Shown in pieces: positions 47,336 through 56,801 of a DNA stretch of 64,000 bases. This stretch comes from Candidatus Buchananbacteria bacterium CG10_big_fil_rev_8_21_14_0_10_33_19 (GTDB lineage Bacteria; Patescibacteriota; Patescibacteriia; 2-01-FULL-39-33): contig PEZY01000005.1 in the NCBI GenBank assembly GCA_002773855.1, positions 8,237 through 72,236 of the forward strand, in the 5' to 3' direction. Each line of letters begins with the position of its first letter. Position 1 is the stretch's first letter. The notes below the pieces were generated by a model. It searched no databases and was not told the origin of the DNA. It was given only the letters and a program-made list of their open reading frames with translations. The position numbers were made by a program, and so were the translations under genes.

Positions 47336-48004
47336 ATGGCTCAATCGAGAAATCGGATGAATGTGCCTATTTCAACGGCTTATTTTGTTGAACAGCTCCA
47401 TAATCACTGGATTGATTTAATTAGACGAGAGATTTGGATCCATGGAATAGATATGAATACCGATAGTTATGAAGGTGTTGAACCTGGCGTTGAATATATG
47501 ATGGCTACCAAGGTTATAAAAAATCTTCATATTCTCAGACATCAATCATCTACTGAACCTGTTATTATTCATTTACATACTTGTGGTGGCCTATGGGAAG
47601 AAGGCATGGCTATTTATGATACTATCAAATCTATGCCTTACCATGTCACCATAATTTCCTATACTCATGCTCGCAGTATGTCTTCTCTGATTTTTCAAGC
47701 TGGTGATACTAGATTAATGATGCCAAATTCTTATTTTATGTTTCATTTAGGCACAATGGCTTTTTCAGCTGACATGAGGACTTTCCAAAGTAACGCTGAT
47801 TTTGCCAAAATTAGTAACAAAACTATGGTGGATATTTATGTTGAAAAAGCAATACATGGACCAAAATTTAAAGGCCAGAGTGCAGCTAAAATTAGATCTT
47901 TAATTAATAGAGAAATGGAAAAGAAAAGTGATGTTTTCTTAACGCCAGAAAAAGCTATTCAGTGGGGTTTTGCTGATGGTGTTCTCAAAAAATGGCCAAA
48001 CTAA
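47336..48004 (+). CDS. ClpP-family (S14) serine peptidase homolog, divergent, with an N-terminal extension
   Basis: ClpP-like blocks are present: TCGGLWEEGMAIYDTI, ARSMSSLI (Ser) and YFMFHLG (His). RBS GGAG. No clpX is adjacent. Confidence 0.55.
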   Translation: MAQSRNRMNVPISTAYFVEQLHNHWIDLIRREIWIHGIDMNTDSYEGVEPGVEYMMATKVIKNLHILRHQSSTEPVIIHLHTCGGLWEEGMAIYDTIKSMPYHVTIISYTHARSMSSLIFQAGDTRLMMPNSYFMFHLGTMAFSADMRTFQSNADFAKISNKTMVDIYVEKAIHGPKFKGQSAAKIRSLINREMEKKSDVFLTPEKAIQWGFADGVLKKWPN

Positions 48005-48005
48005 A

Positions 48006-48035
48006 ACGTCGACCAAGCAATGGTCGACTTTTTTA
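48006..48035 (+). terminator. Rho-independent terminator
   Basis: gtcgacc-aagcaa-tggtcgac followed by TTTTTT. Confidence 0.65.
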
Positions 48036-48039
48036 TTTA

Positions 48040-48067
48040 TTGACATTAACAAATAATATAATATAAC
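48040..48067 (+). promoter_or_regulatory. Sigma70-like promoter (TTGACA, 16 nt, TATAAC)
   Basis: TTGACA at 48040-48045 and TATAAC at 48062-48067. Confidence 0.4.
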
Positions 48068-48096
48068 ATAGTAGCAACCCTAGGAGGTACCTTACA

Positions 48097-48330
48097 ATGA
48101 AAAATATCCAGGTTCATCCGGTTATTGCTATTACTATTATTCTGCTTAGTTTATTTATCTGCTACGGCATCTATCAAGGTATAGCCATTTTAAATGATGA
48201 GGCTTTTTATCGCGGCTTTAATACTGGCACTGAAGTCCAAAAATTATTAGATGATCAAAGACAAAAACAGCCAGGCAAGCCCAGTGATAAAAACAAAACT
48301 ACCAAAAAAGACGAAATACTGGGAATTTAG
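48097..48330 (+). CDS. Small single-TM protein, hypothetical (77 aa)
   Basis: Strong RBS AGGAGG, a TM helix and a basic C-terminal tail. Confidence 0.4.
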   Translation: MKNIQVHPVIAITIILLSLFICYGIYQGIAILNDEAFYRGFNTGTEVQKLLDDQRQKQPGKPSDKNKTTKKDEILGI

Positions 48331-48484
48331 CCCAAAACTACCACGCCGAGCAACTATATATAATTATGGGAGATCGGCTTTTTTATTGATCTAAATTTAA
48401 GTTATTTTAGAACAAAGCTTGACTTTTTTTACTAAATAAGTTAAAATACTAGTTGTTAATTTATAAGAAATAAGCTAGTTAAAT

Positions 48485-48757
48485 ATGGCACACAAGAAAG
48501 CTGGTGGTAGTACTAGACTGGGCCGAGATTCTAATGCCCAAAGACTGGGCATTAAATTATACGGTGGCGAAACTGCTAAAAATGGGGCTATTGTCCTTAG
48601 ACAAAGGGGTAGCAGATATAGACCAGGTAAAAATACCAGAATTGCTAAAGACGATTCTATTTTCGCCATTGGCAGTGGTTTAGTGAAATACACCAAGAAA
48701 AAAATTAAAAAATTCAACGGTAAATTAGAGAATGCTCAAATAGTTAGCGTTGAATAA
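48485..48757 (+). CDS. rpmA: 50S ribosomal protein L27
   Basis: MAHKKAGGSTRLGRDSNAQRLGIK is the canonical L27 N-terminus. Confidence 0.95.
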   Translation: MAHKKAGGSTRLGRDSNAQRLGIKLYGGETAKNGAIVLRQRGSRYRPGKNTRIAKDDSIFAIGSGLVKYTKKKIKKFNGKLENAQIVSVE

Positions 48758-48766
48758 ATCTAAAAA

Positions 48767-48800
48767 TAAAAATACTCCGTTTTGCGGAGTATTTTTATTT
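48767..48800. terminator. Bidirectional rho-independent terminator shared by rpmA (+) and pyrG (-)
   Basis: aaaaatactccg-ttttg-cggagtattttt. Confidence 0.7.
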
Positions 48801-48808
48801 TTAGAAAA

Positions 48809-50449
48809 TTAATTGATAATTCTTTTTTGTCCGGCTTCAACTAAGCCAATAAATAATGGGTGCGGTTGCAGTGGTCTGGATTTAAATTCTGGATGAAACT
48901 GAGTAGCCACAAAAAAAGGATGAATATCTTCTGGTAATTCGATAATTTCTACCAATTGATCATCTGGCGAAGTCCCAGAGACAACCAATCCAGCTTCCTC
49001 TAATAGATCTCGATAATCATTATTAAACTCATAACGATGACGATGCCTCTCGACTATTTCTGATTTTCCATACAGTCTTTCCACTATCGATCCTGATTTT
49101 AAAATACAAGGATAACTACCTAATCTCATAGTATTACCATATTGTTTTTTGGATAATTTTTCAGCCTGTTCACTCATAATATGAATAACGGGATGTTCCG
49201 CCTCCGGTCTAATTTCTGTGGTTGTAGCTCCACCTAAACCACAAATGTGTCTGGCAAATTCAATAGAAGCTAATTGCATACCATAACACAAACCTAAAAA
49301 CGGAATTTTATTCTCACGAGCATATTGAATAGCCGCAATTTTTCCTTCAATTCCTCGAGAACCAAAGCCACCGGGTACCACCAAGCAATGATAATCTCGC
49401 AACTCATCTATTTTTTCGCTATGACCATCATAAGCATCAGAATTAATCCAGTGGATTTCCGGATCTACTCCACTTTGCCAAGCCGCATACTTTAAACTTT
49501 CAATCACTGATATATAAACATCAGACAATACGAAATCGCCAGTTTCAAAATATTTACCAACAATACCAATTTTTAAAGTGTCTTTAGTGCTTTTTATTTT
49601 TTGAATAAAATTATCCCAATCACTTAAATCAATAGCTCGAGCCTCCAAATTTAACTTCTTTAATATTTTTTCTGACAAACCGTCTCGTTCAAAATTAGCT
49701 GGAATTTCATAAACTAAATCAGTATCTGGTGCCGAAATTATCTCTTCTTTGCGAACATTACAAAACATCGCAATTTTTTCCTTTCTTAAATCATCAATTT
49801 CTTGATCGGCTCGACATAAAATAAAGTCTGGCTGAATACCAGCGGAATTAAGCATTTTGGCGGCCGTTTGAGTTGGCTTGGTTTTCATTTCACCAATTTT
49901 TGATGGCACTGGTAAATATGACACTAAAACCGACAAGACATCTTCTGGATGATTTAACTTCATCATTCTAGCCGCCTCTAGAAATAAAATATTCTGATAT
50001 TCACCCACTGTGCCGCCAACTTCAATAATAGTAACATCGGCATCATCCTTATCGGCCGCATTTTTTATTCGTCTAATTACCTCCATTGGAATATGTGGCA
50101 CTACCTCTACGCACTTGCCTTCGTATTCTAGATTTCTTTCTTTTTCTATCACCGAGCGATAAACTCGACCAGTTGTCATATAATTATCACGATGGATATC
50201 GATATTTAAAAACCTCTCGTAATTACCAATATCTTGATCAGTTTCATCACCATCACTAGTAACATAAACCTCACCATGTTCAATTGGATTCATGGTGCCA
50301 GCATCAACATTAATATAAGGGTCTATTTTTACAGCCGTAACAGCTAAGCCTCTAGCTTGTAAAATTTTACCAATGGAAGCGCTAGCAATACCCTTGCCAA
50401 CACCGGACATAACACCGCCAATTACAAAAATATATTTTCTTTTTGACAT
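48809..50449 (-). CDS. pyrG: CTP synthase
   Basis: N-terminal synthetase domain (GGVMSGVGKGI) and a C-terminal class I glutamine amidotransferase domain (GLCYGMQ, HPEF). Confidence 0.95.
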   Translation of the reverse strand: MSKRKYIFVIGGVMSGVGKGIASASIGKILQARGLAVTAVKIDPYINVDAGTMNPIEHGEVYVTSDGDETDQDIGNYERFLNIDIHRDNYMTTGRVYRSVIEKERNLEYEGKCVEVVPHIPMEVIRRIKNAADKDDADVTIIEVGGTVGEYQNILFLEAARMMKLNHPEDVLSVLVSYLPVPSKIGEMKTKPTQTAAKMLNSAGIQPDFILCRADQEIDDLRKEKIAMFCNVRKEEIISAPDTDLVYEIPANFERDGLSEKILKKLNLEARAIDLSDWDNFIQKIKSTKDTLKIGIVGKYFETGDFVLSDVYISVIESLKYAAWQSGVDPEIHWINSDAYDGHSEKIDELRDYHCLVVPGGFGSRGIEGKIAAIQYARENKIPFLGLCYGMQLASIEFARHICGLGGATTTEIRPEAEHPVIHIMSEQAEKLSKKQYGNTMRLGSYPCILKSGSIVERLYGKSEIVERHRHRYEFNNDYRDLLEEAGLVVSGTSPDDQLVEIIELPEDIHPFFVATQFHPEFKSRPLQPHPLFIGLVEAGQKRIIN

Positions 50450-50532
50450 AACTATTTAATTTACCAATTATTAATCTAAAAAAATAGAGGGTTAAACCCC
50501 TATTAAAAATAATAAAAATATATGGTACTTAA

Positions 50533-50973
50533 CTATTCATTAACAATAACTGTTATTTCTGACTCTAATCCATGGCTTAAAACAATGAAAACCGAATGCT
50601 TACCAAGATCCTTTATCGGCTTTAGCAAATTAATTTGACTACTTTCGATATTAATTCCCCTATCTTTTAACTTATCAACAATCATATCAGCAGAAATCGA
50701 AGAATACAATTTGCCATCGTCATTACATTTTCCAATAATTTTTATAACCAAACCTTGCAGTTGTTTGGCTTTTTTTTGAGCTAAAACTAAAGCCTTATTA
50801 GCCTGCTTATTATCTTGTTGTTTTATATTTCTAAACTTATTAACATTTTTAACGCTAGCTGGCTCGGCTATTTTTTGAGGAATTAAAAAATTAATAGCAT
50901 AACCATCCGATACTTCTTTAATATCACCTATTTCACCAATCTTTTTAATTTTTTTAATAAATATAACCTTCAT
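50533..50973 (-). CDS. rplI: 50S ribosomal protein L9
   Basis: MKVIFIKKIKKIGEIGDIKEVSDGYAINFLIP. Confidence 0.9.
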   Translation of the reverse strand: MKVIFIKKIKKIGEIGDIKEVSDGYAINFLIPQKIAEPASVKNVNKFRNIKQQDNKQANKALVLAQKKAKQLQGLVIKIIGKCNDDGKLYSSISADMIVDKLKDRGINIESSQINLLKPIKDLGKHSVFIVLSHGLESEITVIVNE

Positions 50974-51032
50974 ACTAATATTATAATAATCTTGAAACTA
51001 TTATAGCACTCATTAGTTAATACACACAACAA

Positions 51033-52316
51033 TTATCTACCTCTAATTATATCTATAGCCTTATCCATTTGTGGATCTCTATAAACGTTATAATCATCAT
51101 CAGATATTTCTACTTCAACATCTGGCGTAATGCCATCGCCTTCTATAGTGTTACCACTAGGCGTAAACCACTTAGCTACAGTTAACTTAATAGAAGAACC
51201 ATCTTTTAAATTAATTAATTTTTGAACCGAACCCTTACCATAGGTTTGAGTGCCAACAATAGTAGCTTTGTGCAAATCTTGAAGAGCTCCAGCCACAATC
51301 TCTGATCCAGAAGCACTACCAGCATTTACCAAAACTACAGTCTTAAATTTATCTAATTTAGCCAACTTATTGGCTCGATGCAAAACCTCTTTGCCATTTC
51401 TAATTTTTTCTTTTACTACCACTTCTCCATCAACCCATTCGCCAGCCACATCAATAGCTGACTGCAAATAACCACCCGGATTATAGCGCATATCCAAAAT
51501 AATTCCAGAGATATTAGGATTTTGAATGATTTCTAACACCGCATCATTAAATAATGGCACTGTTTCAGAATTAAATTGCCTAATTTTTATATAAGCTATA
51601 TTGTTATCTTTTATTTCAAACTCTAAACTCTTAACTTTAATGGCCTCTCTGGTGATAGTAATTTTTTTAGATTCTTTAATATCATCACGATAAATAGTTA
51701 GGACTACATCTGTACCATGTTGGCCTCTAATTAAATTAACTGCCTGAGACAAGCTTAAGCCGTCAGTTTTATCACCATCTATTTCTAAAATTAAATCTTT
51801 TGGTCTAAGTCCGGCTTTAAAGGCTGGTGAGTCATCAAGTGGCGCTATAACCGTTAAAATATTATTTCTAATACCAATTTCAGCACCAATACCTTCAAAT
51901 TTTCCATTTAACTCTTCATTAAAACCATCGGTATTTTCCGGTGTAAAAAATACAGAATGGGGATCACCTAATGATGAAACTACACCAGACAAAGCTCCAT
52001 AGAAAAGTTGAGTATCAGGAATATCCTTGTCATAAGCTTCTTGTTTAATAATACTCCAAACATCCCAAAATAAATTAAAATCTACATCCTTAGTCAAATA
52101 GTCAGGTATAAAGCCATCTTTATCTTTGACTATGCCGGCTGATGTAGTAGTGGCATTTGGACTGATGCCCCTTATAATTTCCTGATTACTAGAAATGGAA
52201 ACATTACTACCCAATAACAAGCCTAGAGCAAAGGCCGTAATTATAAAAGCAAAGGAAAGCCAAAATGGCACACCTTTCTCTTTGAGCTTGGTGATTGGAA
52301 ATTTAAAATTTATCAT
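51033..52316 (-). CDS. ctpA: Carboxyl-terminal processing protease (S41 family, with a PDZ domain)
   Basis: N-terminal TM helix, a PDZ domain, and the S41 blocks GGYLQSAIDVAGEW and GSASGSEIVAGALQD. Confidence 0.85.
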   Translation of the reverse strand: MINFKFPITKLKEKGVPFWLSFAFIITAFALGLLLGSNVSISSNQEIIRGISPNATTTSAGIVKDKDGFIPDYLTKDVDFNLFWDVWSIIKQEAYDKDIPDTQLFYGALSGVVSSLGDPHSVFFTPENTDGFNEELNGKFEGIGAEIGIRNNILTVIAPLDDSPAFKAGLRPKDLILEIDGDKTDGLSLSQAVNLIRGQHGTDVVLTIYRDDIKESKKITITREAIKVKSLEFEIKDNNIAYIKIRQFNSETVPLFNDAVLEIIQNPNISGIILDMRYNPGGYLQSAIDVAGEWVDGEVVVKEKIRNGKEVLHRANKLAKLDKFKTVVLVNAGSASGSEIVAGALQDLHKATIVGTQTYGKGSVQKLINLKDGSSIKLTVAKWFTPSGNTIEGDGITPDVEVEISDDDYNVYRDPQMDKAIDIIRGR

Positions 52317-52419
52317 GAAATATTAATATTATTTTATATGTCATAATTGTAACAAATAAATGGCTACAAAACAAAAATAAAAAAATACCGCTGAATTTAC
52401 ATCAACGGTATAATAAAAA

Positions 52420-52992
52420 CTAAAAAATCACTTCTTTGGCTTTTTGCCAATGATTCTTGGTTTTTACACTTTGATAACCATTGGGTCCACCGTTCCAAAT
52501 ACGAACGTAAACCTCAGTGGTCGGTTGTTTTCCTGTTTTTTTGAAATATCTTTGACCGTAAAAATCCAAATAAGCCTTGAACACCTTACAAGACTCTTCC
52601 AGTGACATACGATCACTATAAGTAAAAGCCTTATAACCCAATATTCGATTAACGTCATCAATAGCTTGTTTTTGGATATGCAGTGGTCCAATGGACCGGC
52701 CGTCATCACCTATTAAATTTTTACCGCTATCTGATTCGATTATATAGCTAGCATCCAATGCCAGCTCAATCTCCGGATCGAGAGTAGTAACACCAAACAA
52801 CTTAAATAGTTTATCGGTCAAAAAAGAATCACTCAAAAAATTATTTTTATTTTCATTATCACTTGGATAATTACTCGATTGCTCACGCTGATCACCAGAC
52901 ATGGCCATCGAATATGGATTTAATGCTAACAATAAAATTAAAGTAATTCCATAGACTAAAAAAATTTTTCTTTTGAATGTATTAATGTACAA
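52420..52992 (-). CDS. Secreted lysozyme-like / lytic transglycosylase (SLT)-like domain protein
   Basis: Signal peptide. ESDSGKNLIGDDGRSIGPLHIQ resembles the catalytic Glu region of the SLT/lysozyme-like fold. Confidence 0.4.
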   Translation of the reverse strand: MYINTFKRKIFLVYGITLILLLALNPYSMAMSGDQREQSSNYPSDNENKNNFLSDSFLTDKLFKLFGVTTLDPEIELALDASYIIESDSGKNLIGDDGRSIGPLHIQKQAIDDVNRILGYKAFTYSDRMSLEESCKVFKAYLDFYGQRYFKKTGKQPTTEVYVRIWNGGPNGYQSVKTKNHWQKAKEVIF

Positions 52993-53144
52993 CTTATTTC
53001 CTCCTGTTGTTCTTTTAATTAATTCCCAACAAAGACATTGAGAACTAATAAGATATTATCACATTTTAATAATCTTGTCAACTATTAAAATAACCATAAA
53101 TATGTAATAATATATTAAAATAAAATTATAATATAACTTACTAG

Positions 53145-54398
53145 ATGGAAAAGTATAAAATATCAGGAAGTCATCAATTATCAGGAGAAATCAAAGTAGC
53201 CGGTGCTAAAAATTCTGCTCTCAAAATACTAGCCGCTTCTATTTTATCCAATGAGACTTGCCAGATCACCAATATACCAAAAATAGAAGACATCAAAAGA
53301 ATGACCGAAATTTTAGAAAGCCTGGGCGCTAAAATAACTTGGCATGACTCAACACTAGAAATTAATCCAAGCAAAATAACTAAGTCAACACCAGATTCAG
53401 ATTTAGTCAAAAAACTAAGATCTTCCATAATGCTAGCCGGACCACTACTAGCTAAATTCGGCGAAGTTACTATGAGTCATCCCGGTGGCTGTATTATTGG
53501 CAAACGACCAGTTGACTTGTTTATGTCTGGCTTTAAAGCTATGGGCGCTGAAATACTCGACCACGGTGAATCTTTCACTATTAAAGCGAAGAAATTAAAA
53601 GGCGCTAAAATAGTTTTACCCAAAATTTCAGTCACTGTCACTGAAAGTTTAATGATGACTGCTTGTTTAGCAGAGGGCACTACAACTATCATTAATGCTG
53701 CCATGGAACCAGAAATACCGGCCCTAGCAGATTATTTAAATAAATGTGGGGCTAAAATTACTGGCGCTGGTACACCACAAATAACTATTACTGGAGTCGA
53801 TAAATTATCAGCTGGAACCTATGAACTAATCCCCGATAGAATTGAAGCTGGATCTTTTGTAATGCTAGGATTAGCCACCAACAGCAAAATAAAAATTAGT
53901 AACTGTAATCCGGCACATTTAGAAACAGTATTAACAATTTTAAAAAATTCTGGTGCTGATTTAGAGATTGGACCTGACTACATAATTACCAAAACCAGTC
54001 ATTTACATGGTACTGATATTCAAACTCATGAATATCCTGGTTTTCCCACAGATCTTCAGGCACCCTTTACGGTTTTAATGACCCAAACTAATGGTCGTAG
54101 CTTAATTCATGAAACAATATTTGAAGGTCGCTTATTTTATACTGATAAATTAAATACTATGGGAGCTGATATAATAATGTGCGACCCGCATAGAGTAATT
54201 GTTAACGGCAAAACAAAACTCTACGGTAAAAAATTAGAGAGCCCCGATTTACGAGCTGGCATGGCTTTAATTATAGCTGGCTTATGTGCTCAAGGTGAGA
54301 CTATAATAGACAATATATATCAAATAGAAAGAGGTTATGAAGATATAGTTTCCAGATTAAAAAATATTGGTGCTCAAATTGAAAAAATAAACGAATAA
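53145..54398 (+). CDS. murA: UDP-N-acetylglucosamine 1-carboxyvinyltransferase MurA
   Basis: KISGSHQLSGEIKVAGAKNSALKILAA, and the catalytic Cys loop PGGCIIGKRPVD. Confidence 0.9.
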   Translation: MEKYKISGSHQLSGEIKVAGAKNSALKILAASILSNETCQITNIPKIEDIKRMTEILESLGAKITWHDSTLEINPSKITKSTPDSDLVKKLRSSIMLAGPLLAKFGEVTMSHPGGCIIGKRPVDLFMSGFKAMGAEILDHGESFTIKAKKLKGAKIVLPKISVTVTESLMMTACLAEGTTTIINAAMEPEIPALADYLNKCGAKITGAGTPQITITGVDKLSAGTYELIPDRIEAGSFVMLGLATNSKIKISNCNPAHLETVLTILKNSGADLEIGPDYIITKTSHLHGTDIQTHEYPGFPTDLQAPFTVLMTQTNGRSLIHETIFEGRLFYTDKLNTMGADIIMCDPHRVIVNGKTKLYGKKLESPDLRAGMALIIAGLCAQGETIIDNIYQIERGYEDIVSRLKNIGAQIEKINE

Positions 54399-54400
54399 CA

Positions 54401-55753
54401 ATGTCAAAAACTGACAGCAAGTATAAAAATATAAAGCTAACCACCGCTGAAAATATTATCTTTAGACGCTTAGTCTATATTTCTTTTATTACAGTATTTT
54501 TAATTGTCGTCCCACTGGTACTTTTGTATACCCAGGGCTATCGCTATAACTTCAAACGAGGTAAAGTGCAAAAAACTGGCATTTTTATAGTTAGCTCCAT
54601 ACCCAAAAAAGCTGATGTTTATTTAAATGGTAAATTAATAATTGGTGACCAAACACCATCTCGAATAGAAAAATTGCTACCAGCTGATTACGAAATTAAA
54701 TTAACCAAAGACGGTTATCATGATTGGACCAAAAAATTACAAATATACGAAAATTCCACTACTTTTGCTGAAGATGTTATACTCTGGAAAAATAATTTAC
54801 CAATTCAAATAGCCGAACATAACATTATAAGCTGGCTAACATCTCCAGATAATAAAAAATCGACGTTCTTAACCAGTGATAGAAATATTATTTCTTTTAA
54901 TTTCGACAATAAAGAAACCCATACAATTTATCAAGCTAATGAATACGCTAATCCTCAAATTTTAGAATGGTCTAACACTAGCAAAAAAATATTAATCAAA
55001 TCTAACAATAATTACCTAGCTATCGACACCGAAAGATATTACCTTCAACCAGTGAAAATTAGCAACGATAATTATCAATCAATTAAATGGAGCCTGAATA
55101 ACGATAATTCATTGTATGCTTTAAATGCATCTGGAGTCTGGAAAATTGACCTATTCACTGGTGATAAAAAATTAATTTTTAATAAATCAATATCTGATTT
55201 TATTATTAACAATGATTTCATTTATTATTATTATAAAGATATCATATACAAACAAAAAATATCTGATACTAACCCAGAAATAATTGATGGAGTAAAATGT
55301 CAAGATTGTAAATTTCTAAACCATGATTTTTCTAAATTAATACTAGCCAATATAAAATCTCAAGAATTTTTTATAATTGACCCAGAGCTAAAAAATAAAA
55401 CTATCAAAAGAGAGGCTAAAAACTTTAGTTGGTTAAATCAAAATACCTTACTGTTTTATAATGATTGGGAAATTTGGATATATAATTTAGAAAAAAAAGA
55501 ACCAGAATTAATCACTAGAATTGGCTCTGGTATCACTGAAGCTCTTTGGCACCACGAAGGTCGCCACATAATATTTACTAGTGAAGACTCTATAAAGATA
55601 ATCGAATTAGACAATAGAGAGCTTAGAAATATTATCGAACTATTTAAGGGCAAAAATATAAGTCACCTGACAATCAATAACAAGGGCGATAATATTTATT
55701 TTACTACGATTATCCAAGATCATGAATATACCATGGAGTTGAATATTAAATAA
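54401..55753 (+). CDS. PEGA-domain membrane protein with a C-terminal beta-propeller-like region
   Basis: TM helix, then ADVYLNGKLIIGDQTPSRIEKLLPADYEIKLTKDGYHDW (PEGA). The C-terminal half is rich in repeat-like beta-strand segments. Confidence 0.45.
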   Translation: MSKTDSKYKNIKLTTAENIIFRRLVYISFITVFLIVVPLVLLYTQGYRYNFKRGKVQKTGIFIVSSIPKKADVYLNGKLIIGDQTPSRIEKLLPADYEIKLTKDGYHDWTKKLQIYENSTTFAEDVILWKNNLPIQIAEHNIISWLTSPDNKKSTFLTSDRNIISFNFDNKETHTIYQANEYANPQILEWSNTSKKILIKSNNNYLAIDTERYYLQPVKISNDNYQSIKWSLNNDNSLYALNASGVWKIDLFTGDKKLIFNKSISDFIINNDFIYYYYKDIIYKQKISDTNPEIIDGVKCQDCKFLNHDFSKLILANIKSQEFFIIDPELKNKTIKREAKNFSWLNQNTLLFYNDWEIWIYNLEKKEPELITRIGSGITEALWHHEGRHIIFTSEDSIKIIELDNRELRNIIELFKGKNISHLTINNKGDNIYFTTIIQDHEYTMELNIK

Positions 55754-55810
55754 TCTTGTGCTAATATTGTCATTACAGTAGGACTTTAAAACTCAAAATG
55801 AGACATAACA

Positions 55811-56322
55811 ATGAATACACTTAATATTCCCAGTTGGGATGATATTTTCATGTCTATGGCTTATTTAGTTGCTGCTAGGAGCAAGGACCAAAGCACCCAC
55901 ACCACATTGGAGCGGTAATTATTGGCCCTGATAAAGAAGTGCGATCCACCGGCTATAACAGTTTTCCTCGTAACATTAATGATAATAATCCAGACAGACA
56001 AATACGACCAGAAAAATATTTCTGGTTTGAGCACGCCGAAAGAAATTCAATCTACAATGTCACCAGATTTGGTGCCTCACTTAAAGATTGCACTATGTAC
56101 ACTAATGGCATTCCCTGTATGGATTGTGCTCGAGGGATTGTACAGAGTGGGATTATTGAAGTAGTAGTTGATAAATCATGGGACAATCAAAATAAATATA
56201 TCTGGCTAGAGCAAGCCAACAAGACTAAGCAGTTATTTAAAGAAGTTGGAGTTAAATTAAGATTTTGGAAGGGAGAATTAATATCAATCAAAAAATTCAA
56301 CCGTGGTGAATTCATTAACTAA
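55811..56322 (+). pseudogene. CMP/dCMP-type deaminase interrupted by a -1 frameshift near 55925-55935. This may be a pseudogene, a sequencing error or a programmed frameshift.
   Basis: Frame A (ATG at 55811) gives MNTLNIPSWDDIFMSMAYLVAARSKDQSTHTT and then a stop. The +2 frame continues HIGAVIIGPDKEVRSTGYNSFP...HAERNSI...PCMDCA, which carries the HAE and PCxxC zinc motifs. Confidence 0.6.
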
Positions 56323-56325
56323 CAC

Positions 56326-56355
56326 AAAAGCACGAAATAAATCGTGCTTTTTTTA
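56326..56355. terminator. Bidirectional rho-independent terminator shared by the deaminase (+) and the HIT gene (-)
   Basis: aaagcacga-aataaa-tcgtgcttt followed by TTTTTT. Confidence 0.65.
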
Positions 56356-56366
56356 ATTTTATAAAA

Positions 56367-56774
56367 CTATAATTTATTTTTTATTTTCTCCAAAATTTCT
56401 TCTGCCTCACCAACGCCATAATCTCTACTCAACCAATGTTTTAAGCCATCACTTTCATGTCTAGGTATAATATGCCAGTGTGCATGAAACACCATCTGTC
56501 CAGCCACTCGACCATTATTTAAGTTTAAATTAAATCCACTAGCGCCAGTACCATTAACAATAGCTGGGGCAATTTTTTTAATAACCATTAACACTTTGGT
56601 TAATATATCATCTGGTAAATCTAAAAATGTTTCATGATGTTTTTTGGGAATAATAATAGTATGGCCACTATTAACCGGTGTATGATCTAAAAAAGCCAAA
56701 AAATTATCATCCTCATAAACTTTATAACTTGGCACTTCTCCTTTGACTATTTTACAAAAAATACAATCATCCAT
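56367..56774 (-). CDS. HIT-family (histidine triad) nucleotide hydrolase
   Basis: HAHWHIIPR is the histidine triad H-x-H-x-H-x-x motif. Confidence 0.85.
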   Translation of the reverse strand: MDDCIFCKIVKGEVPSYKVYEDDNFLAFLDHTPVNSGHTIIIPKKHHETFLDLPDDILTKVLMVIKKIAPAIVNGTGASGFNLNLNNGRVAGQMVFHAHWHIIPRHESDGLKHWLSRDYGVGEAEEILEKIKNKL

Positions 56775-56801
56775 ATAGTTAACAACTTATTAATTAAAAA
56801 A

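Noticed and set aside
50470-50510. Possible terminator hairpin after rplI (aaatagagggttaaacccctatt)
   Set aside because: The arms do not pair convincingly when written out (GGGTT/AACCC with a 1-nt loop), so I did not call it.
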